Shown here one piece after another: positions 53,091-61,599 of a DNA stretch of 64,000 nt. The stretch comes from an uncultured SAR86 cluster bacterium (lineage in GTDB: Bacteria > Pseudomonadota > Gammaproteobacteria > Magnimaribacterales > D2472). The notes beneath the pieces were generated by a model. That model had not been told where the DNA came from. It ran no database searches and saw only the letters and a program-made list of their open reading frames with translations. Made by a program: the position numbers and the translations under genes. The stretch is from assembly GCA_902599315.1 (NCBI GenBank), contig CACKEY010000001.1, forward strand, positions 4,625 through 68,624, in the 5' to 3' direction. Every line of letters starts with the position of its first letter. The stretch's first letter is position 1.

Positions 53091-53618
53091 TTAAATTAAT
53101 TCTAGAATTTTTTTAACACATGAATCAACATCAAATGAGTTATTTATTAAATGATGTGAGTACTTTTCATATAAGCACTTCCTCTCTTCGAATGCATCCT
53201 TGATAGTTTGATTGGGTGATTTTGCAAACCCCCTTGCAGAAAAATTTTTAACTCTTTCAATTATCTGATCAAAAGGAACATCTAAAAAGAAAACGGTTGA
53301 ATTATCCATTAAATAATTCATAGCTTTACTACTATAAATAGCACTTCCACCAGTTGATAAAATAATTTTATTAAAATTAATTTTTAATAGTATGTCCTCT
53401 TCAATCTCACGCAGTTTTAGATATCCTTTATTGTCTAAAATATTTTGAAGTGATTGGCCATACTCTTTTTCAATAAAAAAATCAGAATCTATAATTTCAT
53501 AATCAATAATTTTGGCAAGCTCATTAGAAATGGTAGATTTTCCTGCTCCAGCCATTCCTATAAGTGAAATAGATCTCTTAGAAGATTTATTTGCTTGCAT
53601 CAATTTGACACCTTGCAA
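53091..53618 (-). CDS. aroK: Shikimate kinase
   Basis: 175 aa with the P-loop GMAGAGKST followed by DSD. An alternative start at 53600 is possible. Confidence 0.85.
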   Translation of the reverse strand: MQGVKLMQANKSSKRSISLIGMAGAGKSTISNELAKIIDYEIIDSDFFIEKEYGQSLQNILDNKGYLKLREIEEDILLKINFNKIILSTGGSAIYSSKAMNYLMDNSTVFFLDVPFDQIIERVKNFSARGFAKSPNQTIKDAFEERKCLYEKYSHHLINNSFDVDSCVKKILELI

Positions 53619-54063
53619 TTATTGATTCAGTGGCCAGTAAATTTTTTCTGGAGGTTCTAGTAGCAAACAAAATCTCACATATTAGAAAAATGAGAGACAA
53701 AATTAGACTAAGCATACAAAGAATGAATGCTATAGAAATAAAACTATCTAATGTGATTTGATTTATGCCGCCAACAAATAACGCACCAATTACGATGCAT
53801 ACAATCAAGCCGCTTAAGGTACAAAAGAAGATTGAAGTATTGATGAATCGAGTACGAAGGATAAGTCTCGTTCTATTCATTAAAATTATTTCTTTATCCT
53901 CTAAATTTATTCTTTCAAGAAAGCTTTGAAGATATCTCAGTCTGTCTATAATCCTTCCAAGTCTGCCAGTCATTACATTCAAAAGAGCCCCAATGCCAGC
54001 CAATAAAAATACTGGAGTAACAGCAGTTTGCATGATTTCTGAAATAGATAAATATTCTGGCAT
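53587..54063 (-). CDS. DUF2721-like membrane protein
   Basis: 158 aa. The N-terminal TPVFLLAGIGALLNVMTGRLGRIIDR pattern plus two C-terminal TM helices match the family. Confidence 0.55.
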   Translation of the reverse strand: MPEYLSISEIMQTAVTPVFLLAGIGALLNVMTGRLGRIIDRLRYLQSFLERINLEDKEIILMNRTRLILRTRFINTSIFFCTLSGLIVCIVIGALFVGGINQITLDSFISIAFILCMLSLILSLIFLICEILFATRTSRKNLLATESIIARCQIDASK

Positions 54064-54143
54064 TAATAAATAAATTAACCTTTAGTAATAAATTGTAGTC
54101 TTTTAAAAACAATATTAGAAATGAAAATAGCCTTTAGGAGAAT

Positions 54144-54219
54144 TGGTGGAGCTAGGCGGGATCGAACCGCCGACCCCCTGCTTGCAAAGCAGGTGCTCTC
54201 CCAGCTGAGCTATAGCCCC
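54144..54219 (-). tRNA. tRNA-Ala (anticodon UGC), CCA encoded
   Basis: Rev-comp is GGGGCTATAGCTCAGCTGGGAGAGCACCTGCTTTGCAAGCAGGGGGTCGGCGGTTCGATCCCGCCTAGCTCCACCA. It folds into a 76-nt cloverleaf with anticodon loop TTTGCAA, the G3:U70 Ala identity pair and a GTTCGATC T-loop. Confidence 0.95.
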
Positions 54220-54335
54220 ACACAGGTTGATAATTGTACAAGATATCTTTTGCAGTGCAATATTGTCTTTTCAAAAATAAAAAATCTCGCAAGGAGCCAA
54301 TAAAAAATCTATAATCAAACATTAAAATGCTATCA

Positions 54336-54489
54336 AAGACTTAGGGGAAAGAAGTCTTATCATTTTATTGACTCCTTTTGAGATGGTTCCTCAAAGGAGG
54401 TTACCGTAAACCCTGTGTTCGTCTTAGGGAACTTATGAAGGGTTCAGGGAGTAAAGCTACCACAACTTTTAATGGCAACCTCCTATGAG
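54336..54489 (-). ncRNA. Candidate structured RNA / cis-regulatory element of unknown class
   Basis: A 16-bp stem (54474-54489 with 54390-54405) encloses 68 nt. A competing 10-bp hairpin pairs 54390-54399 with 54372-54382. A further 7-bp hairpin spans 54336-54358. G:U pairs exist only when read on the minus strand. Confidence 0.3.
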
Positions 54490-54496
54490 AAAATTG

Positions 54497-56698
54497 TTAT
54501 AACTTGTAACTAAATCCTAATTTAAATGTTTGAGGTTTTTGCGATCTTGCTCCGCTCTTTGGAGCTCTAGCAGCAATGTCCTCATTATCTGTAGCGTTTT
54601 CTAATACGCCATATACATCTAACTTTTCACTCATTCGCTTTCTTATAGAAAGATCTATAAAGCTATAGGAATCTATATTTTCGAAAGCACCACACTGAGC
54701 TGTAGAACAAGAGCTTCCATGATCTGCCAATCTTAAATATCCACTCCAGCCACTTTCGGTAATGAAGCCTGCACTTAGTGCTAAGACTGAACTAGGGATA
54801 TATGGAAGGTCATCTCCAGATGCCACAACACCAAAATAGTCACTGTCGAAGCTGTTTTCAAAGGTTGCATCAGTTGATGTGAATGTTAAGGCTAAAGGGA
54901 AACTTACCCCATCTCCTTCGATAACCATCGATCCATCAACTTCTAAGCCAGAAACATCAACTTCTCCCCCATCAAAAGTATCACCAGGATCACAGTCTCC
55001 ACCATTAGAGTTTTTACACTCTGCAACTAAATTTGCATAATCGCTTGAGAAATACATTACTTCGAGAGCAGTGTTGCCTTTGTTATATCTAAAACCTAAT
55101 TCAATATTATCAGCTTCCTCAGCGTCACCATTAAAGACAGGTGACATGCCTTGATGAAAACCAGCAACAAGCTTGAGGTTTTCATTCATTTCATAAGTTG
55201 CCCCAATTCCTGTAGTCGAATAATCGCCACTGGATTTTTTATTGATATATCCTGATTTTGGTTGAGTTCTACTTCCTGAAACACCGTCATCCCATCTATT
55301 TTCAACTTTATCATATTCTTCTGATCTGTATCCGACGGTTACTGTCAACCTGTCCATTGAGATAGTATCTTGAACAAAATAGGATGTAGCATCAGTTTCT
55401 CTTAATCTATTATTGCTGCTTGTGAAACCAGTACCACAATCATATAGAGCTGAATTTGTTCCAGAAGCGCTTTGTTGAAAACATTCATATCCCTGCATTC
55501 TGCTCTCATAGTCCTCTAGGTCTCTGTAACCAAAAGTTAAAGAGTGGTTTTCTATATCAGTAGATACTTGAAACTGGATACCTTCATTCCCATAGAATCT
55601 ATTATTGTGCTTTAACTTTACTTCAGTCGCTTGAGTGCCATCAAGAATTCCTTGAGCAATTGCGTTACCAGCATTTGCTGCCTCAATAACTCCATTTATA
55701 CTATTACTAACTCCGCCTGTCTTGCTGTTATTTGCTTTGTCAACTTTGAACCAATCTCTATGATAATCATTGCTAAATGACGTCAGAACTATATCAACAT
55801 TACCAAAAGACCCTTTGTATGTAATAGATTCTTGTTCTCCATCATTATCCATCATGTCATATTGAGTCATGCCATAACGCATTCTTGGGTTCTTATTAAA
55901 GCTTGCCTGTGAAAGACCTACATATGTTTGTTCAGAGGACTCATCTAAATCAAGATATTTAAATGTAACCTCGTGATCTCCAGATGAATAACGCAGCTTA
56001 ACTAGCATGTCAGATTTTTGAAAACCTGTATCACCACCTACATTAGCAATAGAATCAAAACCATCAGTAGCATGTTCATGAAATTCAACCATACCACCAA
56101 ATGTTCCGTTGTCTCCACCCATAACTGCATGAGATCTAGTCATGCCATTATCCCCAATTTCTTGGACAAATTTACCTCTTCCTTCCGTGGGAATTGGTGT
56201 GCTTATTAGGTTTAAAGCTCCTCCAATCGTACTAGGGCCCTGCGTAATAGCAGATGGGCCTTTGAGAACCTCAACAGCATGGATTCTTCCCGTTGTTGGG
56301 AAATAGTATGCTGATGCAGATGTATAAGGAGCAGGAGCGACTAACACTCCATCTTCCATAATGGTTATCTTGCCAGATCTATCTAAACTTGTGCCCCTTA
56401 TAGAAATGTTCGGCCTTAAGCCATAACCATCCTCTGTCCTGAAAAAGACTCCAGGTACCGCAGAAAGAATTTTATGTATATCTGTATCAATTACTTTTTG
56501 CAGATCTTCATTAGAAATTACTGTTACAGATCCAGGAATATTTGAAGGATCTTCAAAAGTTCCTATAATGCTGACAGATTCAATTGTCTCAAGATCGTAA
56601 TTTGTATTAGCAAAAGCTGGAACAAAAAATAGAATTGCAAGCAACCCCATAATTACAAAATGTATTTTTGTATGAGTGTTTGGCCATTTGTTTTCCAT
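54497..56698 (-). CDS. TonB-dependent outer-membrane receptor, iron-regulated (siderophore/haem-type)
   Basis: 733 aa with a signal peptide, a TonB-box-like ETIESVSIIG, a plug domain (LRPNISIRGT) and a 22-strand barrel region. A Fur box lies upstream. Confidence 0.9.
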   Translation of the reverse strand: MENKWPNTHTKIHFVIMGLLAILFFVPAFANTNYDLETIESVSIIGTFEDPSNIPGSVTVISNEDLQKVIDTDIHKILSAVPGVFFRTEDGYGLRPNISIRGTSLDRSGKITIMEDGVLVAPAPYTSASAYYFPTTGRIHAVEVLKGPSAITQGPSTIGGALNLISTPIPTEGRGKFVQEIGDNGMTRSHAVMGGDNGTFGGMVEFHEHATDGFDSIANVGGDTGFQKSDMLVKLRYSSGDHEVTFKYLDLDESSEQTYVGLSQASFNKNPRMRYGMTQYDMMDNDGEQESITYKGSFGNVDIVLTSFSNDYHRDWFKVDKANNSKTGGVSNSINGVIEAANAGNAIAQGILDGTQATEVKLKHNNRFYGNEGIQFQVSTDIENHSLTFGYRDLEDYESRMQGYECFQQSASGTNSALYDCGTGFTSSNNRLRETDATSYFVQDTISMDRLTVTVGYRSEEYDKVENRWDDGVSGSRTQPKSGYINKKSSGDYSTTGIGATYEMNENLKLVAGFHQGMSPVFNGDAEEADNIELGFRYNKGNTALEVMYFSSDYANLVAECKNSNGGDCDPGDTFDGGEVDVSGLEVDGSMVIEGDGVSFPLALTFTSTDATFENSFDSDYFGVVASGDDLPYIPSSVLALSAGFITESGWSGYLRLADHGSSCSTAQCGAFENIDSYSFIDLSIRKRMSEKLDVYGVLENATDNEDIAARAPKSGARSQKPQTFKLGFSYKL

Positions 56699-56759
56699 GA
56701 TATTTATCTCCTTTAAGAGTGAAGTTACTCATTAAAGGATAAATATCCTAAATGAGAAT

Positions 56760-56778
56760 GCAAATGATAATCATTCTC
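56760..56778 (-). promoter_or_regulatory. Fur box
   Basis: GCAAATGATAATCATTCTC matches the 19-bp consensus GATAATGATAATCATTATC at 16 of 19 positions. It lies 62-80 nt upstream of the TBDR ATG and is embedded in a perfect 11-bp inverted repeat (56750-56760 / 56772-56782). Confidence 0.6.
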
Positions 56779-56805
56779 ATTTACAAACGCAAGCTTTTTT
56801 AAATA

Positions 56806-57222
56806 TTAATCATTTCCTTTAATTGCGAAGTAAAGGCCTAGAGCAAATATAAAAATCTGCTCACTCATAAATAACTTTTGTGTAATAAACCAATCAGGAT
56901 GCGCTAAATAAAATGCTCCAATCATAATGACTACCACAGCACCGCCACCAAGCCGAGTTACCAAATGGCCTACTCTTCCTAAGAAACCACCAATTATAAT
57001 TGCGGCGCCAGCTCCAACTTCTCCCAGTGCAACTAAACTAGCTACTATTTCTGGTACAGCCATTCCCATGCTTTCAAACCAAGGAACCATCTTTTCTGGA
57101 GGTAATGGAAATTTACCTAAACCGTGAAGAATAAATGATACCCCCACTACAAGTCTTAAAATCCATGGAGCTAAGCCCATGAATGGTTTAGCAACATCAT
57201 CTAAATAATTTGAAATACTCAT
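56806..57222 (-). CDS. DoxX family membrane protein
   Basis: 4 TM helices and a DoxX pattern (LRLVVGVSFILHGLGKF). ATG 57222 with a GGAG SD is preferred over the ORF-track start at 57291. Confidence 0.7.
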   Translation of the reverse strand: MSISNYLDDVAKPFMGLAPWILRLVVGVSFILHGLGKFPLPPEKMVPWFESMGMAVPEIVASLVALGEVGAGAAIIIGGFLGRVGHLVTRLGGGAVVVIMIGAFYLAHPDWFITQKLFMSEQIFIFALGLYFAIKGND

Positions 57223-57315
57223 ACAAACTCCGTTTTTATTTATTGTATATGATGAAACGATAAGATTTGCAAATACAGAAAGAACCCCCATATTTAAATT
57301 TATAAGGAGACTATT

Positions 57316-57474
57316 ATGTTTAATCCATTAAAAATGGCAGGCGATCTTAAGGGCATAGAAAAAATGCTAAAACCTGCATTAGAAAAATTCATGCAAGACT
57401 CTGGTTTTGTAAAAGAGTCTGAATTTAAAAAGTTATTAAAGAGAGTGGAAGAACTTGAAGAAAAGATAAAATAA
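57316..57474 (+). CDS. 52-aa coiled-coil protein, UbiK/BMFP (YqiC)-like
   Basis: Below the ORF-track length cutoff. AAGGAG (57304-57309) lies 6 nt before the ATG. The protein is MFNPLKMAGDLKGIEKMLKPALEKFMQDSGFVKESEFKKLLKRVEELEEKIK, and its C-half resembles the YqiC ..LVSREEFD......L..LE.RI..LE pattern. Confidence 0.45.
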   Translation: MFNPLKMAGDLKGIEKMLKPALEKFMQDSGFVKESEFKKLLKRVEELEEKIK

Positions 57475-57510
57475 CTAATCAATTCTTTCTACCCTTTTAA
57501 CAAAAATTGG

Positions 57511-57981
57511 CTAGCTCTTTTCAACCAAGTGAAGGCTGATATCAAAAATAAGAGTTGAATTGGGAGGTATGGTAGGTCTTCCTTCAGAACCATATGCTAA
57601 ATCTGGGTGTATAAAAACTCTCCAAGTATCACCCACTTGCATTAAATCAATAGCTTTTTGACATCCAGGAATCAATTGCGAAAGTTGAATTTTAAGAGGT
57701 TCTCCTATTTCAATTGAACTCCAAAATACTGATCCGTCGATCAAAGTGCCGTGAAAATCAGCAGTAATAATATCTGAGAGATTTGGTGAGATCGAACCAT
57801 CCACAGAAGATTCTAATACTTTATATTGTATGCCTGGTTCAATTTCAATAACGTTCGTATTTAATAAATTTGCTTCGAGAAATCTTTCACTTTTTTCTAA
57901 ATTAACTTTTAAGACTGACTCTTGACCACATGCAGTGATCAAAATAAGGAGGTAACTTAAAATATAAAAATTACTTTTCAA
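57511..57981 (-). CDS. FKBP-type peptidyl-prolyl cis-trans isomerase lipoprotein
   Basis: 156 aa with the lipobox LITAC and an FKBP domain (FHGTLIDGSVF.SS, LAYGSEG.P.IPPNSTLIFDI.L). Confidence 0.88.
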   Translation of the reverse strand: MKSNFYILSYLLILITACGQESVLKVNLEKSERFLEANLLNTNVIEIEPGIQYKVLESSVDGSISPNLSDIITADFHGTLIDGSVFWSSIEIGEPLKIQLSQLIPGCQKAIDLMQVGDTWRVFIHPDLAYGSEGRPTIPPNSTLIFDISLHLVEKS

Positions 57982-58016
57982 TGCAAAATACCAAAATATA
58001 AATTAATAAATTAATT

Positions 58017-58835
58017 TTAAAGATTTTTCAATATTTTTGTCAGAGAAATTTCCCAAACCTGCTCAAGTAAACCTATGAATTTCGACCATTTTTGTAAGAT
58101 ATTGATATCAAAGATTTCTAAATTATGCCCATATCCAATAGATAAATCATGAATTTGATCTGCATCAAGGTTAAAACTCTTCATTAATGAGGCAATATCA
58201 AAACAGGGATGATTTTTGCCTGCATATTCCCAGTCAAGAAAATAGTATTTCGAATTCCAAATTATATTTTTAGAATGTAAATCATTGTGAGAGAGAATTT
58301 TTTTTACTCCATCATCAACCAAATCGTCATATAGATCTGAGGCTTCTTTTATTAAAAGATTGTTAGAGGCATCACTTAATAATTCCTTATATAAAACCAT
58401 GGAGTCAAAAAAAATATTTTTGCAGTTTTGAGGTATTGGTGAACTATGGATCGAATAAAGAGATCTTCCTAGCTCTATTAAAGAAAAAGTATTTGATGTA
58501 TTTTGATCAAAAGTTGGTTTATTGCCTGAGATGTACTTCCAAATCATTATTCCAGAAGATTGATTCGAATAAAGTAACTCAGGAGATAAATCTAAGTGCG
58601 TAATATTTTTTAGGAGATTTGCCTCATTTTCTCTATCTATTGCTAACTTTGAAGCAAGAGGAGAATCAAACCTTATCACTGCCTTAGTGTCATTAAATCT
58701 ACATAGATAGACTTGGGATATTAAGCTACTAGAAAGTTCTTTATCTAGGATGCATTTTCCAGGCACGGATTCAATTCTTTTGAGTAATAATTCCATGATT
58801 TTCTTCAAGTACTTTTTTCCAAGCTTTATAACCAA
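58017..58835 (-). CDS. APH/choline-kinase-fold kinase, thiamine kinase (ThiK)-like
   Basis: It has the catalytic loop HNDLHSKNIIW and the metal-binding LDWEYAG motif shared by ThiK and choline kinases. It is the last gene of the TPP-riboswitch operon. An alternative ATG at 58796 is possible. Confidence 0.7.
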   Translation of the reverse strand: MVIKLGKKYLKKIMELLLKRIESVPGKCILDKELSSSLISQVYLCRFNDTKAVIRFDSPLASKLAIDRENEANLLKNITHLDLSPELLYSNQSSGIMIWKYISGNKPTFDQNTSNTFSLIELGRSLYSIHSSPIPQNCKNIFFDSMVLYKELLSDASNNLLIKEASDLYDDLVDDGVKKILSHNDLHSKNIIWNSKYYFLDWEYAGKNHPCFDIASLMKSFNLDADQIHDLSIGYGHNLEIFDINILQKWSKFIGLLEQVWEISLTKILKNL

Positions 58836-59376
58836 AAAATATTATGACAATGTAGAGTCCAAATAAAAATGCAGTGGGTAAAAGGCCTCTGGATATAAAA
58901 AGCAAAATTGAAATTGAATCAATAACTAACCAATAAATCCAATTTTCAAGTAATTTCTTAGCAACCATATAGGTTGCAACCACTGCTCCCCAAGTCACAA
59001 ATGCATCAAAAAATGGAAGGGCTGCATCTGTATATGATTTAAGTAATAGGCCTGATAAAACAGAGAGGCCCAATATTAAAGAAATAGCATAGAAATGCTT
59101 CAACATGCTCCAAGTATTTACAATAAAATGATTATCAATTTGATCGCCTTGTCTCCACTGCAACCAACCATACAAACCCATAAAAACATAAAAAATTTGT
59201 AAGTATGCCTCCATGTATAACCCAGCTGAGTTCATTATAAAAAAATATAAGACAGAGCTAATAATTCCAGCTGGCCAGCATAAGATATTTTGTCGAACAG
59301 CTAATAACAGATAGAGAATGGCTAAAAGAACAGCAATTAATTCTAGCGAATGATTCTGAAAATAGTCAAAAATCAT
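58771..59376 (-). CDS. PnuC-family vitamin transporter (PnuT-like candidate thiamine channel)
   Basis: 201 aa with 7 TM helices and PnuC blocks (NILCWPAGIISSVLY, GLYGWLQW). It overlaps both neighbours. Confidence 0.8.
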   Translation of the reverse strand: MIFDYFQNHSLELIAVLLAILYLLLAVRQNILCWPAGIISSVLYFFIMNSAGLYMEAYLQIFYVFMGLYGWLQWRQGDQIDNHFIVNTWSMLKHFYAISLILGLSVLSGLLLKSYTDAALPFFDAFVTWGAVVATYMVAKKLLENWIYWLVIDSISILLFISRGLLPTAFLFGLYIVIIFFGYKAWKKVLEENHGIITQKN

Positions 59377-61471
59377 ATCTTACGCTTATACCAACATGCC
59401 TAGGATCACCATGACGTTCGTATAACGTGTCTGCAAAATCTGGCGCCTCATTTCCAAAATAGAACCCTCTAGTAGAGTAATATTCATCAAAGACATTTCT
59501 GGCCCATATAGTGTAGGTCCAGCTATCAATAAAATAATCATAACTAATGTTTGTTAGAGAATAAGACTTAGATTTATTGTTGTGAGAATCAGAATAATAA
59601 AAACTACTTTTACCAACGACGTCTATTGATAAAGAAGCTTGATCTGAAATTGACCAATTCAGTCCAAGTGCATAACTTTTTTCAGGTGCATGCGCTTGGG
59701 CCCTCCCTTCTAAATCTGGTCTAGATTGCCAATTTTTAATCTCTGTTTTTAAAAGACCAAACCTGGCAAAAATATTTAGCACTTCGTTAGCCTGCAAATC
59801 AACATTTAATTCAAGTCCATGATTGATTCCTTCTGCAGCATTTTGAGTCAAAAAAGAAAATGTATTAGGATCACTTGGATCAACTTGGGTTGATATTAAT
59901 ACCTGTTGATCATCTCGATCTGAATAAAAAATTACTGAAGATATATTCATCCTTGAATTTAATAGTGTTGCTTTCCATCCTAGCTCGTAGTTAGTTAAAA
60001 ACTCGGGATCATAATATAAATTGCTATTTTGAGAGTCTGGCGCTAATCCAAGATTAAGATTAAAGCCGCCTTGATTGAATCCTCTGGCTATACTTATAAA
60101 AACATTTGCGGAATCGCTTAGAGTTTTGTTCAGTGAAATTTTGCCACCAGACATCTTATCTGATGGATTAAATGACTCACCAAATGAGTCATAATAATTA
60201 GATTGATAATCTTCCCATCTTGCTCCAATAGACAATTTAGTAGACTCGTTAAAAAAATAATCTAAATTACCAAATATAGACAAATTATCTGAAGAAAAAT
60301 GACTAGATGATGACGATTCACTTGCATATGGGCCAAAAGGATCGGAGGGATCTCCATAGATACCATCATCATTTTTTAAATTCATTTCTTTTATATCAAA
60401 ATAACTTACGCCTAAAACCCACTCAGAAGTTTGTTTTGAATTAAAGTCTACCGAGTCCGAAATCAACCTAAATTCCTGACTAAAGGTTTCTCTCTCCCTC
60501 AACGTTTCTGAAAAATAATCATAAGTATAGGGAGCATGTGAATCAGCATTTCCCCAATCGGCATCATAGCTTAGGACAACATCGGTATCTGTGGTACTAG
60601 TAATACTTTGTAACTCATATCCGTCAAAAGTATTGAAGATCTTCATACTAAAAGCATTTGTTTTTTGAGAATCCATGCCAGGCCTATCTGAGAGAGTATT
60701 CAAACTTCCATCTATGGTCCAAATATCAGCAGGATCATCTAAATCTATTTGGGTAATCATAAATTTAAGTGTTGTTTTATCTCTAAGTTTCCAATTGATC
60801 TTTAACCTATATGTATCTTCATCTTTTTTAGATGTATTCGATTTGCCTGAATATAAATTCTTTCTAAATCCATCTGAGTAATCTTGTCTCAATGCTAATC
60901 TGTATGTAATTTCGTCATTAAATTCCATTGGGCCTCCAAATGCGATCCCAGCATTGCGCGTTCCATAACTTCCGAGGGTAACTTCACTGGTGCCCTCAAA
61001 AATTTCAGTTGGTTCTTTTGTTCGAATATAAATCAACCCAGCTAGTGCATTAGAGCCTATTCTTGAACCCTGTGGTCCTCTATGGACCTCTATTTGGTCA
61101 ACATCAAAGGTTGTTGCAATGCCCCCTTGACCAGAGTAATCAATATCATCAATCAAAAATCCTACAGCTGAATTGGGGGTTCTCTCATACCCTGATCTTT
61201 CCCCAATGCCTCTGATTTGGAAATGTCTAGCTCTTGAATCGCTGGCAGCGAAATTAAGGTTTGGGACTAAATAAGAGAGATTTTCAAAATGTTTTATTGG
61301 CTGCGATTCTGTAATTTGATTATTCAGAACGACAACACTGGAATCCTCTTCAAGCACATTTTTTTCACGCCAATCTCCCTTCACAACTATTTCTTCAATA
61401 GTCTTAGAGAAAACGGTAACGCTAAAAAAGATGAAAAAAAATAAAATATATTTTCTGTAAGTGATATTCAT
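59366..61471 (-). CDS. TonB-dependent outer-membrane receptor (thiamine-regulated)
   Basis: 701 aa with a signal peptide, a TonB-box-like EEIVVKG, a plug domain and a canonical C-terminal ..VRYDF. A TPP riboswitch sits directly 5'. Confidence 0.9.
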   Translation of the reverse strand: MNITYRKYILFFFIFFSVTVFSKTIEEIVVKGDWREKNVLEEDSSVVVLNNQITESQPIKHFENLSYLVPNLNFAASDSRARHFQIRGIGERSGYERTPNSAVGFLIDDIDYSGQGGIATTFDVDQIEVHRGPQGSRIGSNALAGLIYIRTKEPTEIFEGTSEVTLGSYGTRNAGIAFGGPMEFNDEITYRLALRQDYSDGFRKNLYSGKSNTSKKDEDTYRLKINWKLRDKTTLKFMITQIDLDDPADIWTIDGSLNTLSDRPGMDSQKTNAFSMKIFNTFDGYELQSITSTTDTDVVLSYDADWGNADSHAPYTYDYFSETLRERETFSQEFRLISDSVDFNSKQTSEWVLGVSYFDIKEMNLKNDDGIYGDPSDPFGPYASESSSSSHFSSDNLSIFGNLDYFFNESTKLSIGARWEDYQSNYYDSFGESFNPSDKMSGGKISLNKTLSDSANVFISIARGFNQGGFNLNLGLAPDSQNSNLYYDPEFLTNYELGWKATLLNSRMNISSVIFYSDRDDQQVLISTQVDPSDPNTFSFLTQNAAEGINHGLELNVDLQANEVLNIFARFGLLKTEIKNWQSRPDLEGRAQAHAPEKSYALGLNWSISDQASLSIDVVGKSSFYYSDSHNNKSKSYSLTNISYDYFIDSWTYTIWARNVFDEYYSTRGFYFGNEAPDFADTLYERHGDPRHVGISVRYDF

Positions 61472-61556
61472 GCAATTCCTCCGCCATTATTGTATGGATC
61501 AGGTTCAAAGGGTTTCGTTTATGATCTCAGGCTTAATAACCACCCCTTTGCAAAAA
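61472..61556 (-). promoter_or_regulatory. TPP (THI-box) riboswitch
   Basis: The minus-strand RNA is UUGCAAAGGGGUGGUUAUUAAGCCUGAGAUCAUAAACGAAACCCUUUGAACCUGAUCCAUACAAUAAUGGCGGAGGAAUUGCAUG. All conserved blocks are present (GGGGUG, CUGAGA, ACCC, UUGAACCUGAUC, GCGGAGGAA). The P1 stem UUGCA/UUGCA abuts the AUG. Confidence 0.85.
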
Positions 61557-61599
61557 TTAAATGGTATTAGAATTAAATTGAAAAAGATATACTTTTTTA

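Noticed and set aside
54121-54303. 60-aa plus-strand ORF
   Set aside because: It runs antisense straight through tRNA-Ala, and the tRNA cloverleaf explains the sequence.
54372-54489. Tried to classify the structured element as a TPP, cobalamin or purine riboswitch, SRP RNA or 6S RNA
   Set aside because: Only isolated short resemblances appear (UGAGA, UAGGGAA, CCGUAAA, AAGGGUUCA on the plus strand). The required helices and conserved cores are absent, and the wobble pairs favour the minus strand. It is left as unclassified.
54220-54496. Looked for an integrated element next to tRNA-Ala (integrase, direct repeat of the tRNA 3' end)
   Set aside because: There is no integrase or transposase gene and no duplicated tRNA fragment in the flanks. 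Both flanks are ordinary chromosomal genes.
54497-54530. The TonB receptor ends in ..FSYKL rather than the usual aromatic C-terminal residue
   Set aside because: The alternating hydrophobic beta-signal is intact and a terminal Leu is tolerated in some OMPs. This is not enough to call truncation or a pseudogene.
57300-57482. 60-aa minus-strand ORF from the track
   Set aside because: The opposite strand carries a 52-codon frame with a perfect AAGGAG SD and a coherent coiled-coil product. The minus frame is Ser/Phe-rich with no SD.
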